64,000 bases of DNA from Geosiphon pyriformis uo1. Lineage: Eukaryota; Fungi; Glomeromycota. The notes under the pieces are model-generated. The model worked only from the letters and a program-made list of their open reading frames with translations, was not told the DNA's origin and made no database searches. Position numbers and translations under genes: made by a program. The stretch covers positions 380,868 to 444,867 of the forward strand of contig JAAOMT010000697.1 of assembly GCA_016748015.1 (NCBI GenBank), in the 5' to 3' direction. Below are positions 29,501 to 40,732 of this stretch, in pieces; positions within the stretch are counted from its first letter, which is position 1; each line of letters begins with the position of its first letter.

Positions 29501-31507
29501 ATACCAAACTTATTACAACTATGTACACAAATGCCAAAGTTAATAGCCAATTTATTAAACTAATTCTTAATAGTGAGTTAACAAGCAGCATTATTACATG
29601 ACAACTTATGGACCAATTAAATTACTGAGTTAATTGCACTGCCAGTGCCAAAATTATTACAGCTGATAGAGTAATAAAAACTTCTATTGACAAAATTAAC
29701 AACTTTTTTTTCAAAATTAATGATATCACTATGTTAATCAAAGTGTTGGTAATAAAAGCCATGTAATACTAAGCTTTTGTTAGTAATAATTAGCTGTTCA
29801 AAATCAATGTTATGCTTAACTAGAATATTCGGAAGTTACAGCTCAGTTAAGATAATTAGTAAACTTAAATACCTGCTACCAGCAGTCACTTTAAAACAAA
29901 CACCACTACTTAATTACCACTAATTAAGTTTAAAAAAGAAAAAAAAATCTATTTGGGAAGCCTATCAAGTCTTATAAACTGAAAATGAATACAATATGCT
30001 GCTACTAATACTCTTTTAAAATAATAAAAAAAAAGAAAAAAAAGAGAATAAACCACAAGTTATCACATTCACAAAAGAAACAAAAACAGGTAACATGTTC
30101 TATACTTATCAAAACCAAAAAAAAAACCACTCTACTATTAAAATTTAGCATTTACTTGAGAAAAACAAAAGCAGTATTTAGAACAATTAAATGCTAAACT
30201 TTGTAAACATTGTTTAATTTTTTATGACTTAAAATATTGTGATAATAATAACTTTATTCACAATCTGTTATCACACATGATTTATTCAATTTCTGAAGAA
30301 AAAAAACCAATTAGCAGCTGTGCTTTAAAATTGAAATTGAAATTTAATCTTAATTCAGACTTTGATGATGCTAACAACAACAGTTCTAACTCCATTCACA
30401 ATGACAATAACAATAAGGATAATTCAAACTCCAATAAAAACTTTAAACAATATATTATACTTTCAGATCTTTTACAAAAGCAAAAACTTAAATGGTTTAG
30501 TAATAATAATAAGAGTATTATGCCAAAACATATATATAATACTAATGCAGAGTTTAATCTCAAATATTCAGAAAAAACTGCTATCAGATTGAAATTTCAC
30601 TTACATATTAGTATAAAATTAAAAAATTTAAGAGATCTTGATGAAGCTCAATATTAAAAAAAAAATATTACTTATAGAAAAGTATAAAAAAGAAAGTAAA
30701 AAAAACAAATAAAAAAATAGATCAATAGAAGAATAAGACTTAATAAGTAAGCACAATATCAGTAAATTATAGCACACTGTTTAGCAATAAGCACATTGTC
30801 AAAAAAATAAGGCACATTGTTCAAGAAAATATAAGATCTTGTATAACATAAATTATATATATATAGTAAAAGTATTAAAAGCAAAAAAAGTAATTCCAAG
30901 AGAATTCAATAAAGTTTATATTAATTTAGAACAATACTCTTTCCTTTAAAAGATAATTTTCTATAATTTGAAGTAGAATCATTTTTATATTAATAAAATT
31001 ATCTATTATTATTTAATTTATATTATTGTTACTTGATTAAAAAAATTAATTACTTCTACTCTATCAACATTTTATGTTAATAGAATTCAACATTTAATCA
31101 TACTAGACCAATAGCTCTTAATTATGGCTATTGATAAGATACTAATTTTTTATTTTTTTATTTTTTATTTTTTTTTATTTTGTTTCTTTGTTGTTTGTTA
31201 ATTGATTAAAGGAATTAAATACTGAGTATTTGACATCAAGAATAGCTTGGTAAAAGATCAGGAAATAAAAGTAGAAATATAAGAATAACTTATTAAAAAA
31301 GCATAACTGCCAAAATAAACTGGCCATCATGCTAAAAAAAAAAATTCATGGAAGAAACCATTAATTAAATCTCTGTTTATTATACAAAAAACTTAACCAA
31401 AACCTTTAAACTCCAAAATTTTCAAAAACTACCAATATTACCAGCTATTGAGCACCAAATTACAAATTTGTTATTTGTACTAACACTCTAAATAATCATT
31501 TGTAACA
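26504..31507 (+). mobile_element. Ty3/Gypsy-type LTR element, family A, internally deleted (gag, protease, start of dUTPase; no RT or integrase)
   Basis: LTRs 26504-27187 and 30666-31507; TSD ACAT/ATAT; PBS relic at 27188-27207; gag AWINNVEKAIMANKW and knuckle CHYCNKQKY; protease KLILNSE (decayed ILDSG) near 29560; A-run (decayed PPT) before the 3' LTR. Confidence 0.88.
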
Positions 31508-31718
31508 ATATTAGATAAGTTGTTAGCTAAAAAAATTCTATTATTCAAAAATATTTTTACAATACTTAGATAATTATTAATAGAACTAACTCTTAACTTA
31601 ATTAAAAATTACAATAGATTTATAAGCATTTAGCCTACAACTTGTAAATTTAAAAAATAGTGTTCAAAAAATGACTAAAAATACTTATTATCTTAAAAAA
31701 TTCAATAATTAAAACCAC

Positions 31719-32963
31719 TATTATTTAATAAAAATTAAAAAAAATTAAAAATAATAATATTATAATATATTAACCAATTATTAAAATAATATTATAAATA
31801 GCATAAATTAATAAATAAAATTAAAAAACATAATATATACATAATAATATGTAAAATATGTACAAATACATCCAATTTAATGTAATTATAAACAAATAAG
31901 TCAAAAAACATTTATAGTTAAATAAAAAATCTAATAACTTAGCAATTACTTATTAATTAATTAGAATAAATATAATTATATATAACTTGAAATATATATA
32001 TATATAATAGCTTTCTAAAAAAAATTAAAAATTAAAAAATTAATTAGACAAAAATAAAAGAAAAAAAAACAAAGAAATTAGATTATAATTTCAAAAAAGC
32101 TAAAAAATATGTTTTTTTAGCTTTGTATTATAATATTTACTAATATTAAGATTAGTAAAATTGAAAATCTTACTTCTTTATAATTTAAATCCTAAAAAAA
32201 ACCATTAAATCTTTTTATCATTATTTTTTATTAATAAAAACAACAAAATATTTAATATAATAATAAAGCATAAATAAAACTCAAGCTTAACAAAATTAAG
32301 AATACATTAGAAAAATATTAATTATATATAATCATATAAAATCTATTTATAATAATATCTTGGTCAAAATTAATAATTAACTTAAAAATCTAAAACAACT
32401 TTTTTATATCTTAGAAAAATAATTTCTAATTAAGATTATTTTTGAATATTAATTTTGTTAAATTCTGTTTTTTTAAATTTTTTTTAAATTAATTAAAAAT
32501 AAGATATTGTTTTATTATAAATAAAGAAATACAGATATTTAATATTAGCACAATATAAAAAATATATATTTGCAAAAGTTTTAAGAAAAAACATAATTAA
32601 AAATATAAAGATACAACAAAATTTTTTCTTAAAAAATTAGCATAGTAATAACTATCAACAGTAATTTTAATAGAAACAATACATAAAGCATTAAATTAAA
32701 TAAAAAAATACTTTTTAGAAAAAATTATCTAATATTTGCTAGAAGTTAAAAAAAATCTATCAAGCTAATCTTTAAGTTCTTAAATAAAAAAATAGTAATA
32801 ATCTATCAAATAAAAATTTAGTATAAATTATAAATAGCATTTATTAAGGCTAATATACTTATCTATATATTACAATTAAATAATTTTCAGTATTATTATT
32901 TGATTTAAAACTATATTAAAAATTAATTATAATACAATTTTTAAAGAAAATATTTTTATAACA
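31719..32963 (+). mobile_element. Solo LTR, family B
   Basis: Perfect 4-bp TSD CCAC at 31715-31718 and 32964-32967; ends TATTAT..ATAACA; LINE sequence resumes on both sides. Confidence 0.82.
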
Positions 32964-33518
32964 CCACTTTGTTTTTTGTTTGCATTTGTTTAAAAAATTT
33001 TAATTTATATAAAAACAAGTAATATGAAGTCTTATTAGAAAAATTATTGGTTAAATTGGCTTTAAACTTAAATTTTTTTATTATTAAAATATCTTATTTT
33101 TAATATATATATTTAAACATAAAACTGAATTGTATTTAATAGTCAATTATAAGTTACAAAATAGCTAAAACCAAATATAAAAATTGTTTATTAGATAATA
33201 TCTTTTTTAAAAACTATATTTAAAAAAATCTAATATTTAAGTACATTTTAACAAGACTAATTTAAATATACTTTTTATTAACAAAAAAATTTTTAAGTAT
33301 CTATAAGATTTATTATGTTTAACAATAAAAATAGGCAAACTACTAATATCTAAAAAAGAGTTTATTATCTTTTTATTAATAAAAATTACAATTGTTTTGC
33401 TATTGTTAATAAAAATATTATTAATCTTAAAAAACTTACTAGTTATATTCAAAATATACTGTATTAATACTTGATTATTCTCAATTTAAATTATATTATC
33501 AACAAAAGTGCTAGCTGT

Positions 33519-34400
33519 TGTTACAGATAATTATTTGGAGTGTTAATATAAATAACAAACCTGTAACTTGGTGCTTAATAGCTTGTATAGTTAATAATAT
33601 CTAAAGATTTTCATGTTTTAAAGGTTTTTGGTAGAGTTTTTTATATAATAAACAAAGATTCAATTGTTGTTTTAGTACTTTCTTAAAAGTTTATTCTGTG
33701 AATTTTTTTCTCAGCTTAATGACTGGTTCTTTTTGGTAAGTTATTCTTAATTTTTGAGTTTTTATTTTTATTTTCCAGATCTTTTATCAGTTTTTTTTAA
33801 CATTAATAACTCTATATATTAAATTTTTAATTAATTAATAAACAACAAAGAAATAAAACAAAATAAAAAAAATAAAAAAGAAAATAAGAAATTAGTATTC
33901 TGTTAATAATTGTAATTAAGAACTATTGGTTTAATATGATTAAGTATTAGATTCTATCAACATAAAGTATTAATAAAATAGAAATAATTAATATTTCTTT
34001 AATCACACAATGATAACATAAATTCAGGTAATGATTTAATATTTTATTGATATGTAATTTGATTTTACTTCAAGTTGTAGAAAACTACTTTTTGAAGGAA
34101 AAAGTATTGGATAATTAATTAATTTTAAACTGAGTTCTGAACTGTATTCTGTTTTTTTTGTTTCTAATACTCTCACTATATATACATAATTACTGTTATA
34201 TGAAATTTCTTAGATTTTTTTAATTCTTCTAGCCAGAAATTCTAGAATTCCTGGAATTTTGTAATTCCTTAAGAAAAATTCTAAAATTTCTGAAATTCTG
34301 CAATTCTTTAAAAAAAATCCTAAATTTTTTTTTACTATGCTTATTTCTAATTAGTTACTTTATATTCTTATTAAGAATTCTTAAATTTCTATAAGTAACA
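33519..34400 (-). mobile_element. Solo LTR, family A-related
   Basis: Intact TGTTAC..GTAACA ends; reverse complement aligns with 30666-31507; GAATTC-rich tandem repeats at 34200-34330; no matching TSD. Confidence 0.85.
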
Positions 34401-35678
34401 GTAGCCAGAATGTTTGCTTGCATAAAGTCAATAGCTATTGGTCTAAAAATAGCTGTTTGAGTAAAAAAGTTTATTTTATTTAAGAAAAAATCAAAAATAG
34501 GAGCAGTTTAATAACTTTTTTCTTCTGTTTTAAAAAAAGTTTTAGCTAACTGATAGGCAGCAATTTAGATATGAATATGGTAATTTAGATATTCAAATCA
34601 AGAGGTTGTTGTTCAAAAATTGTTGACTATAAGAGCTGATTAATATTGTTGTTTTTTTCTTTAAGAGCTTTTTTAAAGTAAGCTTGATTAAAGAAATAGA
34701 TTGTGTAAACAGTATAAATTTTAGCTAAATGCTTGTTTAGAACCAGTTCTGAAAATCTTGAAATTGTCTATTGGATTGTTTTTTAACAAGAAAGCAGATT
34801 AAGCAGGAGAACAGAGGATTGAGTTCAATAAAATCTAAGTTATTTTTTTTGTGTGCTGTAAAGTTTTCTTTTAATTATTGTAACAGATATAAATAATTAC
34901 TTATACAATAGAAAACAAGTGAATATTTGAAAACCTCACAGAAAACACCACTTTTATGTTATAAATTGGAATAAAAAGCTAAAAAATAATAAGGAAGAAC
35001 AAAATTATAAAATAATGAAATTAATCAAAGAGGATTTAACTTTAAAAAATGAATTGAATGAGTATAAATTCAATATGTGAGATCAGTTTTATAAAATATC
35101 TTAGTTACTATTTTTTTCAAAAAATAATTAAAAAATTTGAAGATAGAAAGATAGTTCATTCTGTTAACAAATAATAACACATTGGTATAATTCTATGTCT
35201 TATATTAGCACTTTTAAAATTCAATATTAGGTATTAGATATATTTTTTAATTATATTTTATTCAATAATCTTTAAATATTACAATTATATAAGTTAAGAA
35301 AAGAGTAAATAAATGTCAACAAGTAATTTTTTATCTTAAGATGTTTAAATACTTAAAGATAAGAAAAAAAAATAAGCAATAAAAAAAGAATTAAGATGAT
35401 AGTTGTTATTTTATTTATTCTTAATTAATTGTTACATATTTTTCTACATCTAAGAAATTCATTGCTTATATAGCTATTAAAAATAGTCAATAATCAGATT
35501 AATAACTAGTTCAATAATCAGATCAATAATTAAGTTAATAATTAAGTTATTGATTAAATTAATAATCAAATTAATAATCAGATCAATGATTAAGTTAATA
35601 GTTAGGTTATTAATCAATAATTACTATCTAAAAATAAAATGGCTAATTATATAATATTAGTGGCTAATATATGTAATA
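34401..35678 (-). mobile_element. 5' fragment of a third LTR element (LTR about 34957-35678, PBS, start of internal region)
   Basis: PBS TGGTGTTTTCTGTGAGG (reverse complement of 34934-34950) next to an ATAACA LTR end; 12-bp tandem repeats (TCAGRTCAATRA-like) at 35485-35620. Confidence 0.6.
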
Positions 35679-35799
35679 ACTAATAAAAATTATAGTTTTC
35701 AATTATAATAATACTACTATTAACTTTTGGAATAATTATTAAATATTTTAAAAAATAATTATAATAAAATATTAAAATATTAAAAAGAAAATAAAGAAA

Positions 35800-38700
35800 G
35801 AAAATATTTTTAATATAAGAATTTTATATGTTTTTAATTTAAATATTTTTTAAAATTATATATTATTTTTATTTTTTATTTGTGTATTATTATTAAAAAA
35901 AATTATTATAATAATATAAATTAAATATTTAAGTTTGGTTATTGTTTTATTATAATTATTAATTCTAAATTTTAAGAAATGTTTTTAGAATTAATTAAAA
36001 AATATATATACCAATTTATAGAATTAATAATTTAAAATTGGTTTTAAAATAATAATATTTTAATTAATTTTTATGTACAATTTTTATTAGAACTTTGTCA
36101 TCAAATCTTAATTTGTATAATTTATTGCTTAAAATTTCATAAATAAAGAATGATCTATTTTATTTATAATTGAATTTTTTACTTTATTGTTTTTTAGCTT
36201 TAGTTTTGTATAAGAAAACTTTATTTTTAACTTTAAATTTATTAATGATTAGTAGTAATTTGTTGTTATGTTGTTTTTTTGTTAAGTTTGTAAATGTTTA
36301 ATATAGATAACTGTAATTTGTTGTTTTTTTCCAAAGTATTAAGAAATATATATGCTCTTTATTATAGTGTTTTCTGAAAGTTTTTTTTTGTAATTAATTG
36401 TACTATATATGTGTCTATAATAAAATTAATTACAAATATTGCAATTTTCTTGTATTAGATTGTTTATAAAATAATGTTTTTTGGTTAAATAAAAGTTTAA
36501 TTAAACATTTATATTTACAAATAATGTCTTTATAAATAAAATTTGCTATTAATTTTATATCTGTTTGTTGTATGGTTCTGATTTTAGGCCATTTGATAAG
36601 ATAATCTACTACTATTACAATATAATAGTTTTTTTGAATTGTAATAAGTAGTAATTTTATTAAATTAATACCAATTCTATTAAATAATTATTTAACTTTA
36701 ATTGGATTTAAAGATTTAATAAGACAAATTTTTTCTTTTTTTTAATAGCTATTACAAAAGTCTACATATTTTTAAATATTTTTTTACATGTAAAGCCAAA
36801 AATAGTGTTTTAATGTTTTTTGTCTTTTTTTAAGTATGTTAATAAAAAATTAATATATATATTATATATGATTGTTTTTTTTTTTCATTTTGTTAAATTA
36901 ATCAGAATAGATTGGTTGAATTTTTGTAATTTTAATAGTAAATTTTGTTATAATATAGAAAATACTGTTTAGATTAGTACTGTAGTAATAAAATTGTTAA
37001 GATTGAAAATAATATTGATTATTCTTTTATTGTTAATTTCTTTGCATTTTTTGGAAGTCTTATTTTTAATGTCCTAGAATTCTATAATAGTAATAACTTT
37101 GGCTTTGGCTGTTTGATAATGAAAAGTTGCTTAAATTTTATCATTGTAGTAATTAATATCTCTGTTGTAGCTATTGTTGTTGATTAATAAAATAGTTTTC
37201 AACTTTCTTTGCAAGTTAATCAATTTTTTTTAGCTGTTGAGCTGATTTTGCCAGTTATAAAATTAATAAATTTAATGTAGTTTGCTTCTTTTATTGCTAT
37301 TTTATAGTTTTTTACATATTGAATAATTATAATTAAGTCCATGAAACATAAAAACAAACTTTTTTAATTAATTAATTTTTTAATTCAGCTATAAATTGAT
37401 CCAAAATTTGAGCATTGAAATAATACTCATTGGTTTCTAATTGTCAAATTTATTAGAGAAGTTTGTTGAATTTTCTAAAATAAGTTTTAACAAATTCAGA
37501 AAGTTCTTGTTTAATGTTTCAAAATCAGTTTTGGAGAATAATAGAAGTGTTGTTAGTAAATTGTTTCAAAAAAGCATCTTTAAATATTTGCCAATTTTCA
37601 AAAAGTTTAGCCAAGTTTTTAAATCATTTGTCTACTATTTTTTAAAAAAAATAAGAAATAGCTTTGAGTATTTTCATAGCATTTTATCTATTTACATCTT
37701 CTGCTTTTGAAACTTTGTCAAACTATTTTTATAAACGAATGTTAGCATCTTCTTCTGTGAATTTTGTAATTTTTGCAATGTAAATAGTTGTCATTTTATT
37801 TGTATCTTTATTTTTAGTAGTTTTTTCTTCAACAAACTCAGAAATGTTTTTATTGTTATTGGAATAATTACTTTGGTTTTTTGCTAAAAAATTGAAAAAG
37901 TTAATATTAGTAAAAATTTGTTTAAACTGTTGTATTAGGCTTTTTGGTAATGTAAAATTTTTTGGTTTTAAAAAACAATTGAATAGTAAATTTGGTATTT
38001 AAGCTTGAGCAAAGAAAGCTAAAAAAGATGTGATTGAAAGTAGTAATTTTGAATTAATTCTTTGTTTTTGTGTTTGCAGATATTAAAAAATTATCTTTAA
38101 TATATTAGGTGTTGTATAAATTGGTCATGTATTTTTTGGTTGTTTTTTTTGCTTGTTTTAGGTTTAGACTTAAGTTTAAAAATAAATTGTGAGTTAGCAG
38201 GATACTTTTTTTTACAAAACTTAATAATATTATAATTAAGTTCTTCAAAATAAGTAGTATAACTATTAACACTAATGTTTTCTGGGTTTTTATTTGAGTA
38301 GTAAATAAAATTTTTAAGAAAATTTTATTTTATTTTTATAATGTTGTAGTCTTCAAAAAAGTATTTGTTAATTTGGTTTTTAATATATTAGAAAAGTGTT
38401 TTTTTAAAAGCTGTAATTCTATTTCAGATTCCAAATTATTGTTTGCAATAAATGTAAATTAACTGATAATACTCTAAAATTGTTATGTTTAATGTGATTG
38501 CCACTTTAAAGTTGTTATTATTGTATTATTTCTATAGAAAAACACCAAATATTATTAGAGGTTTTTGGTCTCTTTTCTTAAATATTGTTACTGTTTGTTT
38601 GCTGTTAATTTATGTTTTCTGGAAGCAGTTGAACCTTCAATAACTAAATTTATCTTTAAATTATCTCTTATAATTTGAACTGCTAAGCTTATAAGTAGAA

Positions 38701-39517
38701 TAATTAATTCTATGCCAATTACTTTATATAGTTATATTGTAATAAACATTAATTCTTGGAAAAAAATTATTTGTTTGAAAGCTTATTAAAAATGTGTAGC
38801 TATTTTGCTATAAAAGTCAACTTTTTTACAGAAATCTTGTCTGTAGGTTACTTTAATAATTATAATAAAAAAAATATAAAAAAATATAAAAAATATAAAA
38901 AAAATAGAATTTTGTTAAAAAAAATTTTTCTGATTCAGATCTGGAGTTATTAATGATTTATTAAAATTGGTAACTAATTAATTTCAAAATATTAGTGAAA
39001 TTTTAGAGAATTTTAAGTATAATTACTAAAAAAATTTGGGTTTTTAAAGTATATATTATTTGAATTGTAATATTAAAGATAAATTTAAAAGTAAAATTGT
39101 TATTTTTTTATAAGATACATTTTTTTAAAGAGAAAAACTCTTCTTTTATACAACTTGTTGTAATACTAATTTATAAATTTGCACTTTTTTTTGTTATGAT
39201 TTTAATAAATTAAAGATATATTTTAATAAACTATAAATTATTTCTATTAACTATAAATAATTTTAGTAAACTATTAAGATATTTTGTGAATTTTTACAAA
39301 TTTTGGCAAATTTTAATATTATAGAGTTCAGAATATTGCATAATCTAATAATTACAATTGTGTATCATATAAATTGAATTATTATTTAGATAATAATATT
39401 TGATAATTTAATTAACTAATAAGTAATAATTAAAATAATAATAATATATATTAATTAATAATAAAAATTATAAAAGTAATTTTATGTTAATTATCAATTA
39501 AAATTTTACTGGTAACA
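35800..39517 (-). mobile_element. Ty3/Gypsy relic with 5' LTR (38550-39517), PBS, gag and integrase; RT region apparently deleted
   Basis: PBS is the reverse complement of 38531-38549; gag MTTIYIAKITKFTEED..FDKVSKAEDVN near 37790-37600; integrase VVDYLIKWPKIRTI..ANFIYKDIICKY near 36630-36500. Confidence 0.78.
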
Positions 39518-39519
39518 AT

Positions 39520-40330
39520 ATTTATAAAAAAAACCAAACAAAAAAACACTGTATTATATACAAATATATTTGTTTTATTATTATTAATATTCTTTAAATA
39601 ATTTTAATCTTTATTTATTTAATAAAAATATACTTAAATCTAATCAAATTAACTATATAATGTTTTTCTATCCAATATTTATTATAAAAATTAAACACAT
39701 ATTGTTTAAACTCTAATATATATATATTTATAACAATTTAGTTGTCTAAGTATAAAACTATAAAGCAAAAAAAAAATACATTCCAAAACCAAGACAAATG
39801 CTTACAATTTAATTATTGTCAAAAACAACATTTTATGAATTTCAACATCTATACTTATTCTAACATTAAAAAAATATATTGTAATTTCTTTAATTATTTT
39901 TACAATACTTAAAATTATTAATAATTTATTTATATACATATTAAATATTTCTGGTCATAATTTATGTAAACATTTTCAAATATTCAAAAATTTTTTTGAG
40001 TATAAAAAGTTAGAACAATCAGATTCCAAGATGATTTTGTCCAACTTAATAGCAAAATTATTTATATAAACTAAAGCTTTTTTAAACTATAATAATATCA
40101 AATCTTTAAGACTTAATTTCTTCTATTAACAAAAAGTTTTTTAATTTATGATTAACCTATCTTTATCTAACAATTTGTTTCCAAAAACAACACCCAAATG
40201 CCTTAAAGAATACACAACATCAAAATAATCAAAGTTTTTTATATAAGTAATAATAACTAATTATTTAAAATTATTCTAAATTAAACTTACAAAACAATTT
40301 TTTTGTATTTATTTTGCTTATACAACAATT
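39520..40330 (-). mobile_element. LINE ORF2 relic (RNase H region)
   Basis: YFDVVYSLRHLGVVFG and FYNKYWIEKHYIVNLI match the corresponding segments of the 6750-13540 LINE. Confidence 0.7.
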
Positions 40331-40732
40331 TAAATAATTATTATTTTAGATAAATTAACTTAATTATATCTTAATAGTTTTTTTGTCAAATTTAATATTA
40401 AAGTATATATATGTATTTATATAATTTTTTTTTGAAAGTTTTTGGTTTCTAATATTTTGATAAAAAATTATTGAAATATAAATTATTAATAATAATATAA
40501 ATTTTCATAAATTCAAAATTTCATGGATTCACAAATTTTAAAAAAATGAGTTTAAATATAAATATAAATAAAGTTAGTTTTATATATCTTTAAACTTAAA
40601 TTTAATTCACTCTTTAAACAAAAAAAATTTACATTCATAGCTTTCAAATCATTTTACAACCGTCAGGTGATTGGAATGATGATCGCAATTATCATATAAA
40701 CAAACAAGAGATGAAGTTAGAAAATTATAAAG

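Larger units (their letters stand above)
23850..33518 (-). mobile_element. Older LINE ORF2 relic split into four pieces (23850-24082, 25291-26503, 31508-31718, 32964-33518) by LTR insertions
   Basis: Pieces are collinear with the 6750-13540 ORF2: NITSKFFKINNIFINNSKT vs NVASEFFRMNDISINNNKT; YLSVLCLICNNIKLFDYIFTC vs YLSVMCLYCGDVKVLDHVFSC; ASTFVDN vs GAFVDD. Confidence 0.85.

Noticed and set aside
34200-35620. CRISPR-like arrays
   Set aside because: Spacer-less tandem repeats inside LTRs of a eukaryote.
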